From assembly GCA_048595045.1 (NCBI GenBank), contig JBMDXS010000214.1, positions 9,831-73,830 on the forward strand: DNA of 64,000 bases, read 5' to 3'. Below the pieces are notes generated by a model. The model made no database searches, was not told the origin of the DNA, and saw only the letters and a program-made list of their open reading frames with translations. The position numbers and the translations under genes are program-made. This document shows, in pieces, positions 52,414 to 63,195 of this stretch. The DNA comes from Acidimicrobiia bacterium. Its GTDB lineage: Bacteria > Actinomycetota > Acidimicrobiia > Spongiisociales > ZC4RG35. The number at the start of each line of letters is the position of its first letter. The stretch's first letter is position 1.

Positions 52414-55239
52414 ATGCCCAACCCAAACGAGCGCTTCGTCGACCGACACATCGGCCCCGGCCCCGACGACATCGAGAAGATGCTCGCCACCGTCGGCTCC
52501 GCCTCGCTGGATGACCTGGTAGCCGAGACCATCCCTTCCTCGATCGTCGACACCGATCTGGATCTCCCACCGGCCCTTTCCGAAGCCGAGACGATCGCCC
52601 GGCTTCGAGAGCTGGCCTCGAAGAACGTCGTCATGACATCTCTCATCGGTCTTGGCTATCACGACACCATCACCCCAGCCGTGATCCAGCGCAATGTGCT
52701 GGAGAGCCCGGCCTGGTACACCGCCTACACCCCGTATCAGCCCGAGATCTCCCAGGGGAGGCTCGAGGCCCTCCTCAACTTCCAGACCATGGTCTCCGAC
52801 CTCACCGGGCTCGATGTCGCAAATGCCTCGCTGCTCGACGAGGCGACCGCGGCCGCAGAGGCGATGGCCATGTGCCGACGGCTGGCCAAGGGAGACCGGT
52901 CCGTGTTCTACGTCGACGACGACTGCCATCTCCCCACCGTGGAGGTGGTCAGGACCAGGGCGGAGGCGATCGGCATCGAGGTCCGCCCGATCTCGGACGG
53001 GTTCGAAGCAGATTCGGCCTTCGGGCTTCTCCTCCAGTACCCGGGCTCGTCCGGAGAGATCGCCGACCACCGGTCGCTGGTCGAAGACGCCAAGGCGGCT
53101 GGCGTGATGGTGGCCGTGGCCGCCGACCTCCTCGCCCTCACGTTGCTGAGCCCGCCCGGTGAGTGGGGTGCCGACATCGTGGTGGGATCGGCGCAAAGGT
53201 TCGGGGTGCCGCTCGGCTATGGCGGCCCGCATCCGGGATTCATCGCCACCCGAGATTCGCACGTGCGCGCCCTTCCCGGCCGCCTCGTCGGCGTCTCGCA
53301 CGACACTTCGGGGCGTGTCGCCTATCGGCTCGCCCTACAGACGCGTGAGCAGCACATACGAAGGGAGAGGGCGACCTCCAACGTCTGTACCGCTCAAGTG
53401 CTGCTGGCGGTCATCGCCGGCTTCTACGCCTGCTGGCACGGCCAGGAAGGACTGATCGAGATCGCCAGAGAGACCCATCGCCTGGCTACGACAGCGGCGG
53501 CTTCGTTGCAAGCAGCCGGCATCGAGGTTGTCAACGGCTCCTGGTTCGACACCATCACCGTGTCGACACCGGGACGGGCGGCGGAGGTGATCGAGGCCGC
53601 AGTCGAACTGGGTATGAACCTCGGCCCTGTCGACCGGGACCACGTGCGGGTCGCATTCGACGAGACCACCAACGACGAAGTCGTGGCCCGGGCCCTCCGA
53701 GCCTTCGGTGTGGAGAGCACGGAGGACGGCACCTCTGGTGCCCTCCCTGGCGGCCTGGAGCGGCGGTCCGAGTTCATGACGCATCCGGTGTTCCGACTCC
53801 ATCGCTCCGAGCACGCCATGCTCCGCTATCTGCGACGCCTGGCCGACCGCGACCTGGCCCTGGACCGGAGCATGATCCCACTGGGCTCCTGCACCATGAA
53901 GCTGAACGCCACCACCGAGATGATCCCGATCACCTGGCCGGAGTTCTCGGCGATCCATCCCTACGCCCCGGCCGATCAAGCCGCCGGCTATCACGAGCTC
54001 ATCGACGAGCTGGCCGACGCCCTCTGCCGGATCACCGGTTATGACTCGGTATCGCTCCAACCGAACGCCGGGTCGCAGGGCGAGCTGGCTGGTCTGCTCG
54101 CCATCCGCGCCTACCACGAGTCCTTGGGGCACGGGCACCGCGACGTCTGCCTCATCCCCTCCTCCGCCCACGGCACCAACGCTGCATCTGCGGTGATGGC
54201 CGGCATGCGGGTAGTGGTCGTGGCCACCGACGACTCGGGCAATGTCGACCTGGCCGATCTGGAGTCCAAGGCCGTCGAGCACTCGGACCGACTGGCCGCG
54301 GCCATGATCACCTACCCATCCACCCATGGCGTATTCGAGGAAGATGTCCGAAGGCTCATCGACACCGTCCACCGTCACGGGGGTCAGGTGTACGTCGACG
54401 GCGCCAACCTCAATGCCATGGTGGGTCTGGCCAAGCCCGGGGGGTTCGGGGCCGACGTCGGGCATCTCAACCTGCACAAGACCTTCACCATCCCCCACGG
54501 CGGGGGCGGCCCGGGGGTCGGGCCGGTCGGCGCACGTGCCCACTTGGCCCCCTACCTGCCCAACCACCCACTCGACGATGCGGCCGGCCCCGAAACGGGG
54601 CTCGGGCCGATCGCCGGCGCACCATACGGCTCTGCCGGAATCCTCCCCATCCCCTATGCCTATATCCGGCTCATGGGTGGCGACGGGCTGCGAGCCGCCA
54701 GCAAGGTGGCGATCCTCTCGGCCAATTACCTGGCTCGCCGGCTCGACCCTTACTTTCCCGTCCTCTACGCGGGGAGCAAAGGCCGTGTCGCTCACGAGTG
54801 CATCATCGATCTTCGGCCGACGACGAAGGCGACCGGCATCACCGCCGACGACGTGGCGAAGCGTCTCGCCGACTACGGGTTCCATGCCCCGACACTCTCA
54901 TTCCCGGTCGCCGGGACGCTCATGATCGAGCCGACCGAGTCGGAGAGCCTCGAGGAGCTCGAGCGGTTCGTCGAAGCAATGATCGGCATCCACGACGAGG
55001 TGTCCCGTGTCGAATCGGGAGAGTGGCCGTCCGACGACAACCCGCTCCGCAACGCTCCGCACAGCGCCGAGCTGGTGGCGGGCGATGACTGGTCACACCC
55101 CTATTCGCGAGAGGCGGCTGCCTTCCCGGTGGGCTCGCTGCGGTCTGACAAGTACTGGCCGCCGGTGAGCCGCATCGATGGCCCCGGCGGTGACCGCAAC
55201 CTGGTTTGCGCCTGCCCACCTCTGGACGCCTACGCTTGA
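52414..55239 (+). CDS. gcvP: glycine dehydrogenase (aminomethyl-transferring), single-chain P protein
   Basis: About 941 aa. It starts [15 protein letters not shown], with GAGGAGAGAG upstream. The region around HLNLHKTF is the PLP-lysine region. Confidence 0.95.
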   Translation: MPNPNERFVDRHIGPGPDDIEKMLATVGSASLDDLVAETIPSSIVDTDLDLPPALSEAETIARLRELASKNVVMTSLIGLGYHDTITPAVIQRNVLESPAWYTAYTPYQPEISQGRLEALLNFQTMVSDLTGLDVANASLLDEATAAAEAMAMCRRLAKGDRSVFYVDDDCHLPTVEVVRTRAEAIGIEVRPISDGFEADSAFGLLLQYPGSSGEIADHRSLVEDAKAAGVMVAVAADLLALTLLSPPGEWGADIVVGSAQRFGVPLGYGGPHPGFIATRDSHVRALPGRLVGVSHDTSGRVAYRLALQTREQHIRRERATSNVCTAQVLLAVIAGFYACWHGQEGLIEIARETHRLATTAAASLQAAGIEVVNGSWFDTITVSTPGRAAEVIEAAVELGMNLGPVDRDHVRVAFDETTNDEVVARALRAFGVESTEDGTSGALPGGLERRSEFMTHPVFRLHRSEHAMLRYLRRLADRDLALDRSMIPLGSCTMKLNATTEMIPITWPEFSAIHPYAPADQAAGYHELIDELADALCRITGYDSVSLQPNAGSQGELAGLLAIRAYHESLGHGHRDVCLIPSSAHGTNAASAVMAGMRVVVVATDDSGNVDLADLESKAVEHSDRLAAAMITYPSTHGVFEEDVRRLIDTVHRHGGQVYVDGANLNAMVGLAKPGGFGADVGHLNLHKTFTIPHGGGGPGVGPVGARAHLAPYLPNHPLDDAAGPETGLGPIAGAPYGSAGILPIPYAYIRLMGGDGLRAASKVAILSANYLARRLDPYFPVLYAGSKGRVAHECIIDLRPTTKATGITADDVAKRLADYGFHAPTLSFPVAGTLMIEPTESESLEELERFVEAMIGIHDEVSRVESGEWPSDDNPLRNAPHSAELVAGDDWSHPYSREAAAFPVGSLRSDKYWPPVSRIDGPGGDRNLVCACPPLDAYA

Positions 55240-55334
55240 CCGGCCACACCATTCTGGGCTTGACATTCAGTTCCCCGATGGGATCTTGATGGGTCACACG
55301 GGGCGGGTAGGGACGCAGAAGTGACGGTGTCAGG

Positions 55335-56630
55335 GTGAGATTCACCGGTCAGGTGAGGGTGCCGGAGGTCGACCATCCGGGCATCCCGGCGACGATCGTG
55401 GTCGAGAACGGGCTGGCCGAGGTGCTCCTCGATGGGGAATCGCTTGGTCGCTGGTCGCTGTACGACGTCCATGCCGCCCGTCTGGTCTCGAGTGCCTTCT
55501 CCCTCTCCTTGGACGGCGAGGAGATCACATTCATCGCAGACGAGCCAGTCGACTTCGCCTACAAGGGCGTCGAGCACATGGCCGGTGTCTGGGCTCGCTA
55601 CAAGGCCATGACTATCCCGCGCCGCGTTGTCGCCGTGGGCAGGTCCCGGCGGGGCACGATGCCCTCACGCATACCGGAGCTGCGAGAGGCGATGTTGCAG
55701 AACCTCCAGACCGCCGGTCGGAGCCCTTCCTACTTCTCCCCGGCCCCCGATTCCCCCGCCCCCGAGCCGGAACCGGCACCGTGGGCCAAGCGGCTCGAGG
55801 CTTATTCCAGCGTCCCTGCACCCGTCGACGAGACAGAGGCCATCCCGATTCAGAAGCCGGCGCCGCCCCAACTGGCCGACACTTCCGAAGCCGAGGTGCC
55901 GAAAGCGGTAGAACCGCCCGAAGCGGCAGAGCCGTCGGAAGCATTGGAGTCGCCGGAAGCGCGGGTGGTGCCCCAAGAAGTCGAGGTGACCGATCCGGTC
56001 GAGCCACCCGGTCGGTCTGCCCCGTCCACGCCGTCGCTCCGGCCCGGCCCCGGTCTGATCCCGAGACAGGTGACCCGGGCTCCTTTCGAGGCCGTTTCAG
56101 GTTCGGCAGAGCCCCCGGACTGGGACGCCGCCTGGGAGGAGCCACCCGTCTATGAAGAGCCCTCCTACGAGGAGCTTCCGCCCGATGCCGCTCTCGCATT
56201 CTTCGACGAGGAGCAGGGCAAAGACGAGGGGCCGGCCGAGGACGACATCACCCCCGTGACCATCCACGAGGAGGCTGCCACCGAACAGGAATCGTGGCCG
56301 ACCGTCATCGCCGACGAGGACTCCGGTCCGAAGGAAGTCGTGGTGGATCTAGGGCACCTGGAAGTCGACAAGGAGGTCTCCCCGTCTTCCCCGGTCGACG
56401 ATCGGGTCGGTCAGGGCGAGACGCTCGAGCCCGACCTGGAGCTGTTGTTTGCCGGCGCGCCACTGCCCGAGGGCGAACGCAGTGGTTTGTTCGGTGCGGT
56501 CCGCTCGGCATTCGCCCGAAATCGGGGGGGCACCCACGAGCATCAGTTCGTGGAGGCACCGGGCGGCATCGGCATCGTCAGGCAGATCTGCGCCGACTGC
56601 GGCTACATCTCGATCGGCGTCTCCGACTGA
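55335..56630 (+). CDS. hypothetical protein: ~100-aa N-terminal globular domain, long acidic Pro/Glu-rich disordered region, short C-terminal CxxC segment
   Basis: 431 aa with a GTG start. It has biased composition (PEPEPAP, EPPEAAEPSEALESPEA). The C-terminus reads QICADCGYISIGVSD. I recognise no family. Confidence 0.5.
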   Translation: MRFTGQVRVPEVDHPGIPATIVVENGLAEVLLDGESLGRWSLYDVHAARLVSSAFSLSLDGEEITFIADEPVDFAYKGVEHMAGVWARYKAMTIPRRVVAVGRSRRGTMPSRIPELREAMLQNLQTAGRSPSYFSPAPDSPAPEPEPAPWAKRLEAYSSVPAPVDETEAIPIQKPAPPQLADTSEAEVPKAVEPPEAAEPSEALESPEARVVPQEVEVTDPVEPPGRSAPSTPSLRPGPGLIPRQVTRAPFEAVSGSAEPPDWDAAWEEPPVYEEPSYEELPPDAALAFFDEEQGKDEGPAEDDITPVTIHEEAATEQESWPTVIADEDSGPKEVVVDLGHLEVDKEVSPSSPVDDRVGQGETLEPDLELLFAGAPLPEGERSGLFGAVRSAFARNRGGTHEHQFVEAPGGIGIVRQICADCGYISIGVSD

Positions 56631-56643
56631 GCACCCACTGGGC

Positions 56644-57102
56644 TCACTGCGCGGCGCCGGTCTTGAGCACCATCACCACAACTGCCACGATGAGAAGCAC
56701 GGTGGTGATCGCTCCCCAGATCGCCGCCCGTTTCCCTTCGGCCGCTGCCTCGGCCCGGTCTCCGGATTCCAGAGCGGCGATCATCTTCTCCCCGCCCGGA
56801 CGATGGACCAGAGCTCCGATCAACGCGGCGGCAATCACGACACCCAGACCGATGGAGACAAAGGTGTCGGCCCAGTCGTAGATGTCGCTGGTCAAGACCA
56901 GGCCGATGCCGCTCAGGGCGGTGAGGATCCCGGCTGGGTTGAAGTACTTGCCACCCGCCTCCGCCGAGACCCGGGCCCAGGCCAGGACGGCTCCCTCGCT
57001 CCCACTCCTCGCCATCCGGGGCGCGATGAAACCGGTGAGGAACGACCCTCCGATCCAGGCGGCCGCGGCGAGGATGTGGATTATCAGCAGGAGTTCCGTC
57101 AT
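56644..57102 (-). CDS. small integral membrane protein (4 TM)
   Basis: Trimmed to MTELLLIIHILAAAAWIGG. It is hydrophobic, with four helices. Confidence 0.55.
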   Translation of the reverse strand: MTELLLIIHILAAAAWIGGSFLTGFIAPRMARSGSEGAVLAWARVSAEAGGKYFNPAGILTALSGIGLVLTSDIYDWADTFVSIGLGVVIAAALIGALVHRPGGEKMIAALESGDRAEAAAEGKRAAIWGAITTVLLIVAVVVMVLKTGAAQ

Positions 57103-57159
57103 GCGAGCGCCAGGAAGGTAGCACGGGGCCATGAGGTGGCCACGGGTACCCTCGTCAGG

Positions 57160-58203
57160 GTGAAATCGACGATTCGACCGGTGATCCTCTCGGGTGGGTC
57201 AGGGACCCGGCTTTGGCCGGTCTCCACGCGGGAGCGCCCGAAGCAGTTCATCGACCTCGTCGGGACACCCCTGTTCGAGGCCACGCTCGACAGGGCCGGT
57301 CGGGTGGCCGACGACGGGCGGGTGATCGTCGTAACCGGGAGCGATCACGTCGACGCAGTCGAGGAAGCCCTATCCGACTCGGACCTCGCGGCCACGGTCC
57401 TGGTCGAGCCCTCGGGCCGCAACACGGCTCCTGCGATCATCGCGGCCGCCTTGAGCGCCGACCGGGCAGACGTGCTGCTGGTGATGCCCTCGGATCACCT
57501 GATCACCGACACCTCGGCCTTCGTCGCGGCGGTGGGAGACGCCGTTGCAGTCGCAGCCGGAGGGTCGCTGGTGACCTTCGGAGTGGTCCCGACCAGACCC
57601 GAGACGGGTTATGGGTACATCGAGAAGGGCGACGCGTTTGGCCCGGCCTTCCGGGTGACCCGGTTCAAGGAGAAGCCCGACCCCGACGAGGCGATACGGC
57701 TCGTGGCCGATGGCAGGCATCTATGGAACTCCGGGATGTTCGTGTTCCGGGCATCCGCCCTGCTCGACGAGGCAGAGAGGCTTGCCCCCGACATCTTGGA
57801 GACAGTACGAGCTTCGGTGTCGGACCCGGTCCAGGGCAGGGTGACCCTGGGTGCTCGGTTCAACACCGCTCGCTCGATATCGATCGACCACGCCATCCTC
57901 GAGAGCGCCAAGGATGTGGTCGTAGTCCCCCTCCATGCCGGGTGGAGTGACATCGGTTCCTGGCAGTCGGTGTCGGAGATAGGGGAGCAGGACGAGGCCG
58001 GAAACATCCTGATCGGTGACGTGGTCGCCCTGGACGTCAAGGGGTCCTACCTGCGGTCCAGCTCGAGAATCATCGCCATCGCCGGCGTCGACGGCCTGGT
58101 GGTGGTGGAGACGCCCGATGTGGTGCTGATCATCCCCAAGGATCAATCACAGCTGGTCCGTGACCTGGCCGAGCACGTCGAGCAGAGCCGGCGGGCCGAT
58201 TGA
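57160..58203 (+). CDS. manC: mannose-1-phosphate guanylyltransferase (nucleotidyltransferase domain only)
   Basis: The GTG start gives VKSTIRPVILSGGSGTRLWPVS. Motifs GYGYI and WNSGMF are present. The upstream 230 codons of the track ORF are antisense to the membrane protein. Confidence 0.8.
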   Translation: MKSTIRPVILSGGSGTRLWPVSTRERPKQFIDLVGTPLFEATLDRAGRVADDGRVIVVTGSDHVDAVEEALSDSDLAATVLVEPSGRNTAPAIIAAALSADRADVLLVMPSDHLITDTSAFVAAVGDAVAVAAGGSLVTFGVVPTRPETGYGYIEKGDAFGPAFRVTRFKEKPDPDEAIRLVADGRHLWNSGMFVFRASALLDEAERLAPDILETVRASVSDPVQGRVTLGARFNTARSISIDHAILESAKDVVVVPLHAGWSDIGSWQSVSEIGEQDEAGNILIGDVVALDVKGSYLRSSSRIIAIAGVDGLVVVETPDVVLIIPKDQSQLVRDLAEHVEQSRRAD

Positions 58204-58237
58204 GGGCCGGATCCGGCGGTTCGATGCCATCGCCGTG

Positions 58238-58543
58238 ATGAGACGGATGGCGATCCTGGCTCTCTTCGGTGTGCTCGCCGCCGCCTGCGTCGGGAGACCG
58301 CCCGAGGACGCCACCGGTCAGGAGATCTACCTGCAGCTCTGTTCCAATTGTCACGGTGAAGGGCTAGAAGGCAGCGTCGGCCCGGCTCTGGGGCCGCGGT
58401 CGAACTCAGCGGCCCTGCCCGATCGGTTCTTGACACTGACCATCACCGAGGGCAGGGGCCGCATGCCTTCCTTCTCCTCGACCCTGACCGGCGACCAGGT
58501 CGATCGTCTCGTCGAGTACCTGCGGGAGGAGCAGGCCGGATGA
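58238..58543 (+). CDS. class I c-type cytochrome lipoprotein
   Basis: The start is at MRRMAILALFGVLAAAC (lipobox). It has the heme motif CSNCHG and a distal Met in GRMPSF. Its stop overlaps the menC start (ATGA). Confidence 0.75.
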   Translation: MRRMAILALFGVLAAACVGRPPEDATGQEIYLQLCSNCHGEGLEGSVGPALGPRSNSAALPDRFLTLTITEGRGRMPSFSSTLTGDQVDRLVEYLREEQAG

Positions 58544-59499
58544 GCGCGGTCCTCGAGGCACTCGAGCTGTTTCCGATCCGGATCCCGATGCGTCACCGCT
58601 TCAGACGGGTCGACCACCGTGAGGCTGTGCTGATCAGAGGGCCGGCGGGCTGGGGAGAGTTCTCACCATTCCCGGACTACCCGCCGCACGTCACGACGAG
58701 ATGGCTGGCAGCGGCCCTCGAGGCAGCGTGTAGCAGCTTGCCCGAGCCGGGGCGGGCCTTCATCCCGATCAATGTCACCGTCCCCGCCGTCGCGCCCGAC
58801 GTGGCGGCCCGGCTCGTCCTCGAGTCGGGCGCCGGCACCGCCAAGGTGAAGGTGGGGGAGCCGGGCCAGACCATGGAGGAGGACGAGGCCCGGCTGGCGG
58901 CGGTCAGGGCGGCGATCGGGCCGGAAGGGAAGATTCGCATCGACGTCAACGCCGGATGGGACCTGGAGACGGCCACCCTGCGTCTCGCTTCTTACGCCCG
59001 GTTCGACCTGGAGTATGTCGAACAGCCGGTCAAGACCCTCGAGGAGATGGTGGAGTTGAAGCAGCGCGTGAGTGTGCCTCTCGCCGCCGACGAGCTGGTT
59101 CGTCTCCGCCCCGACCCGCTCGAGGTGGCGGCGATGGGCGCAGCAGACATCCTGGTGGTCAAGGTCCAGCCGCTGGGTGGAGTGGCCAGGACGCTCGACA
59201 TCGCGGCGAGGGCCCGCATACCGGTGGTGGTGTCGTCCGCCCTGGAAACCTCGGTCGGGATCTACTCCGGGCTCCTCGTCGCCTCCCTGCTCCCGGAGCT
59301 GCGATATGCGTGCGGACTCGGCACGGTGTCCCTGATCGAGGGCGACCCGACACGATCCCCGCTCGTCTCGATGAACGGCATGCTCGAGGTGCGCAGGCCA
59401 GAGCCCGATCCGGATCTGCTCAGACGATGGCGTCCCGATCGGGACCGGGCGGCCGAGATGCTGCGTAAGGTCAGGAACGCGGCGGAGGTCCTCACCTGA
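58540..59499 (+). CDS. menC: o-succinylbenzoate synthase (enolase superfamily)
   Basis: It has KVKVG, IRIDVNAGW, LEYVEQP and AADE motifs, and lies next to menD. Confidence 0.85.
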   Translation: MSAVLEALELFPIRIPMRHRFRRVDHREAVLIRGPAGWGEFSPFPDYPPHVTTRWLAAALEAACSSLPEPGRAFIPINVTVPAVAPDVAARLVLESGAGTAKVKVGEPGQTMEEDEARLAAVRAAIGPEGKIRIDVNAGWDLETATLRLASYARFDLEYVEQPVKTLEEMVELKQRVSVPLAADELVRLRPDPLEVAAMGAADILVVKVQPLGGVARTLDIAARARIPVVVSSALETSVGIYSGLLVASLLPELRYACGLGTVSLIEGDPTRSPLVSMNGMLEVRRPEPDPDLLRRWRPDRDRAAEMLRKVRNAAEVLT

Positions 59500-59532
59500 G
59501 CGTCGAGACTCCATGAACCGAGACTTCACCGG

Positions 59533-61218
59533 ATGACACAACCGAACCCCAGTACGGCGCAGGCTCGCGCCATTGTCGACGAGCTGCATCGTCAGGGCGT
59601 GGACTACGTGGTCATATCGCCAGGCTCCCGCTCTGCTGCCCTTGCCATCGCCTTCGAAGAGCACCCGGGTATGACCACCCGTGTGGTGATCGATGAGCGG
59701 TCCGCGGCCTTTCACGCCCTCGGCCGGGCCCGTGCCGCCAATAGTCCGGTGGTCGTGCTCGCCACCTCGGGCACTGCCGTGGCGAACCACCTGCCGGCAG
59801 TCGTCGAGGCAGACCTGTCGCTGGTCCCGCTCATATCGATCTCAGCCGACCGGCCGCCCGAGCTGCTCCATGTGGGCGCCAACCAGACCATGGAACAGCC
59901 GGGCATCTTCGGAAGCCGTGTTCGCTGGTCTTGTTCCATCCCTCCGGCCGAGCAGGACGTCGACTCCAACAGGTACTGGCGCTCTTCGGTATCACAGGCC
60001 GTGGCACGGGCCCGGGGCCACGGAGCGCGTCCCGGGCCTGTTCATCTCAATATCGCCTTTCGCGAGCCCACCGTCCCGGTGCCCGACGACGGGCGAACGC
60101 GGGCCGAGACCTATCCCTTCTCCATCGAGGGGCGTCGAGACGACGCTCCATGGCAGACCCACCAGAGATCGAAGCAGGGCGGGGCCGGTCTCGACCTGGT
60201 TGGCGGCGGGCTGATCATCGCAGGCGAGGGTGACTTCGACCCTGAAGCCGTGGCGATCGTCGCCCGGAGGATGGGGCGACCGGTGCTGGCCACGGCCACC
60301 TCGGGAATGCGGCCATTCGACTCGATCACTACCTATCACCACCTCCTGGTCGAAGGCCTGCCCCCTTCTCTTCGCCCCGACTTCGTCCTCACCGTGGGCC
60401 GAATCGGGCCCAGTGATCGGCTCGTCGGCCTTACGTCGCTGCCCGTGCCCCAGATCCAGATCGATCCGTGGGGTGCCTGGCAGGACCCACGACGGCATTC
60501 GACCCACATGATCCAGGCCGACCCCGCACTGACGCTGGAGGCCATCGGCCCGGCGCCCGATACCCGGATCCTCGATGCATGGCAGGCCGCCGACACCGCC
60601 ATGCGCACGGCACTCGACGAGCGTCTCGCCTCTCACGAGCCGGCCAGCGGCCCGGCCGTGGCCAGGGCCCTGACCTCGATCGTCTGCCAGATCCTGGTCG
60701 CCGGCTCTTCGATGCCGATTCGGGACGTCGATGGACATTTCACCGGTGGCGCCCGGGTCCTCTCGAACCGCGGTGCCTCAGGAATCGACGGATTCGTGTC
60801 GACGGCCATCGGTGCCGCCACTGCCACGTCAGGGGGGACAGTGGCCTTCTGCGGCGATCTGACCTTTCTCCATGACTCGACAGGGCTCGTCTGCGACACG
60901 ATCGGTGACGTGGTCTTCGTGGTGATCGACAACGGCGGAGGCGGGTTGTTCGACCTCCTGCCCCAATCGGAGCACGCCCCTTCCTTCGAACGCCTGTTCA
61001 TTGCGCCTCACGGTCTCGACCTGCGCCGTCTCGCCATTGGGTACGGCCTGGAGACGGCGACGGTGGCCGAAATGGATGGTCTGGGAACGCTGGTGTCCGA
61101 GCTGCTGGTACAGGGCGGGGGACATGTGGCGATCGTGCCGGTGGAGAGGGAAGTCGACCTGAAGACCCGCCGCAGCCTCGACGACACCGCACGGGCCGTC
61201 TGCGCCGGTCTCAGCTGA
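59533..61218 (+). CDS. menD: SEPHCHC synthase (2-succinyl-5-enolpyruvyl-6-hydroxy-3-cyclohexene-1-carboxylate synthase)
   Basis: ThDP-enzyme motifs are present: SPGSRSAAL, ERSAAFHALG, TSGTAVANH, SADRPPEL and GDLTFLHD...NNGGGG-like (DNGGGGLF). Confidence 0.9.
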   Translation: MTQPNPSTAQARAIVDELHRQGVDYVVISPGSRSAALAIAFEEHPGMTTRVVIDERSAAFHALGRARAANSPVVVLATSGTAVANHLPAVVEADLSLVPLISISADRPPELLHVGANQTMEQPGIFGSRVRWSCSIPPAEQDVDSNRYWRSSVSQAVARARGHGARPGPVHLNIAFREPTVPVPDDGRTRAETYPFSIEGRRDDAPWQTHQRSKQGGAGLDLVGGGLIIAGEGDFDPEAVAIVARRMGRPVLATATSGMRPFDSITTYHHLLVEGLPPSLRPDFVLTVGRIGPSDRLVGLTSLPVPQIQIDPWGAWQDPRRHSTHMIQADPALTLEAIGPAPDTRILDAWQAADTAMRTALDERLASHEPASGPAVARALTSIVCQILVAGSSMPIRDVDGHFTGGARVLSNRGASGIDGFVSTAIGAATATSGGTVAFCGDLTFLHDSTGLVCDTIGDVVFVVIDNGGGGLFDLLPQSEHAPSFERLFIAPHGLDLRRLAIGYGLETATVAEMDGLGTLVSELLVQGGGHVAIVPVEREVDLKTRRSLDDTARAVCAGLS

Positions 61219-62332
61219 GCTCGAGCGCGCCCAGCATGGGACGGAGCTTGATCTCGGTCTCGTCGAACTCCTGGGCCTGCTCCGACCCCTCCACGATTCC
61301 GGCGCCGGTGTACAGGGTCACCGTTGCTCCGTCGATCTTGCCGCAGCGGAGGGCGATGGCGAACTCCCCGTCTCCGCTGCGATCGAACCAACCCACCGGG
61401 CCGGCGTAGCGGCCACGCTTGTGACCCTCGAGCTCACGGATCAACTCGAGGGCGCTCTTGGTGGGTGTCCCGGCGACCGCGGCCGTGGGATGCATGGCCG
61501 CCAGCAGGTCGGCGAACGTGGTCCCCGGGTGGGTCACTCCTTCGAAGGTCGTGGAGAGATGCTGGATGTCACCGTAGGTGGCCACCCCGCGCTCCGATCG
61601 CTCGAGATGGGAGCAGAACGGGGCACGGGCGAGATCCACCGAGTCGGCGGCCAATGCGTGCTCGCGTGTCATCTTCGCGCTCTGGAACACCCCGTCGGCC
61701 TCTGGAGCGGTGGGGTCGGCCGAGCCGGCGAGAGAGATCGATCTGACCTTTCCCTCCTGCAAAGAGAGGAGAAGCTCTGGACTCGATCCCAGGAACCCAT
61801 CGACCAGATAAGTGTGCGATCCGGCCTCGTTCCTGACCAGGTTGGACAACACCTGATGCTCCGGCACGGACGCATCGAATCCGGCGGTGACGATTCGTGA
61901 CAGGACCACCTTCTCCACCTCGTTGTCACGAATGGCAGCGAGGGCGTCTCCGACCAGGGCCTCCCATGCTGCGCTTTCACCCCGAGCTAGACGGCCGGCC
62001 GGCAATCCGAGCGGCTCTGACGGCGGGGGGACCATCGACTCGTCACCGATGACGAAGCGAGCCCCGTCGCCATCGATCCTCATCAAGGCGCGGGGAACCA
62101 CGATGGCCGAGCCGGGGTCGTTCTCGTCGAATGTGAAGCTGGCCATCGCCACCGGAGCGGCAGTCGTCGAGAGACGACGCAAAGCTCGATCGAAGCGATC
62201 GGCGCCGGACCCTGCCTCGACCCGGGCTGCCACGCCCCAACCGAAGAGGGCGAGGCCTCCATGTACCCAAGCCGTGTCGGGTCGCCGGGCCAGGGCATCC
62301 CGGACCGCCGGGTCGATCGTTTCAGCCGCCAT
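61211..62332 (-). CDS. menF: isochorismate synthase
   Basis: The chorismate-binding C-terminal domain carries LHPT.AV.G.P, RG.YAGPVGW and GAGIV..S. Confidence 0.85.
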   Translation of the reverse strand: MAAETIDPAVRDALARRPDTAWVHGGLALFGWGVAARVEAGSGADRFDRALRRLSTTAAPVAMASFTFDENDPGSAIVVPRALMRIDGDGARFVIGDESMVPPPSEPLGLPAGRLARGESAAWEALVGDALAAIRDNEVEKVVLSRIVTAGFDASVPEHQVLSNLVRNEAGSHTYLVDGFLGSSPELLLSLQEGKVRSISLAGSADPTAPEADGVFQSAKMTREHALAADSVDLARAPFCSHLERSERGVATYGDIQHLSTTFEGVTHPGTTFADLLAAMHPTAAVAGTPTKSALELIRELEGHKRGRYAGPVGWFDRSGDGEFAIALRCGKIDGATVTLYTGAGIVEGSEQAQEFDETEIKLRPMLGALELS

Positions 62333-63125
62333 TCCAGACGCAGGCTAGGACTGGCTCGGTCCCTTCGATCCCGGCGAGCCGGTGGGCCCACTCCCGGAGG
62401 CTCTCCGGGTCGCCCGAGGTGGCCAGGACGAGCCGGGCGTTGCCGTCGCTGTAGCCGACGACCCTCCTCACCTGACGGGCCACCGCCGGGCCCGGGTCGA
62501 CGACGGCCACACCCGGCCCTGCCACGTCTTCGATCAAAGGCACGAGGAACGAGAAGTGCGTGCAGCCGAGGACGATGGTGTCCGCTCCGCCCTCGAGGAG
62601 ATCGGCCAGGCACTGCTCGACCTGACCTCGCGCCCGCGGCCCGTCGATCTCCCCCCTCTCGACCAACTCGACCCAGGTCGGGCAGGCCTTGGTGAGGACC
62701 CTGGTCCCAGAGGCATGGCGCTGCACGACCGAGGCGAAGAGCTCGCCCTGGAACGTCGCGGCGGTTGCGACAACACCGATGATCCCGCTGCTGGTGTTGA
62801 GTGCGGCCGGCTTCACCGCCGGCTCCATCCCCACGAAGGGGACTTCCGGGTGCCGGGCCCGCAACTGGTGGAGAGCGGCCGCGGAGGCGGTGTTGCAGGC
62901 GATGGTTATGACGTCGGCTCCGTGGTCGAGAAGCCACTGTGAGACCTCTCCTGACATGGCGGAGACCTCCTCGAGCCCGCGCACGCCATACGGCGCACGA
63001 CCCTGATCGGCGAAGTACATGAGATCGGCCGAGGGGAGCTCGCGACGGATCTCGGCCAGCACGCTCAAGCCTCCGACGCCGGAGTCGAACACTCCGATCA
63101 ATTCCGACGACTCCAACTGTGACAA
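62322..63125 (-). CDS. murI: glutamate racemase
   Basis: It has GVFDSGVGGLSV, IACNTASA and GCTHF motifs. Confidence 0.9.
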   Translation of the reverse strand: MSQLESSELIGVFDSGVGGLSVLAEIRRELPSADLMYFADQGRAPYGVRGLEEVSAMSGEVSQWLLDHGADVITIACNTASAAALHQLRARHPEVPFVGMEPAVKPAALNTSSGIIGVVATAATFQGELFASVVQRHASGTRVLTKACPTWVELVERGEIDGPRARGQVEQCLADLLEGGADTIVLGCTHFSFLVPLIEDVAGPGVAVVDPGPAVARQVRRVVGYSDGNARLVLATSGDPESLREWAHRLAGIEGTEPVLACVWNGG

Positions 63126-63195
63126 CTCATCTGGGACATCTCAGCAGGGGGGCGAGACGGCGGGTGGTACCGTCGCCGCCGGTAGAGGAGGTCGA

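Noticed and set aside
55260-55290. TTGACA hexamer upstream of the acidic hypothetical gene as a promoter -35 box
   Set aside because: No acceptable -10 (TAnnnT) lies at a 16-19 bp spacing. A single hexamer match is expected by chance.
56449-58203. 584-aa ORF extending the mannose-1-phosphate guanylyltransferase far upstream
   Set aside because: The N-terminal ~237 codons are low-complexity Arg/Gly/Pro sequence antisense to a hydrophobic membrane-protein gene (56644-57102). The conserved nucleotidyltransferase N-terminus (IRPVILSGGSGTRLWP) begins right after GTG 57160.
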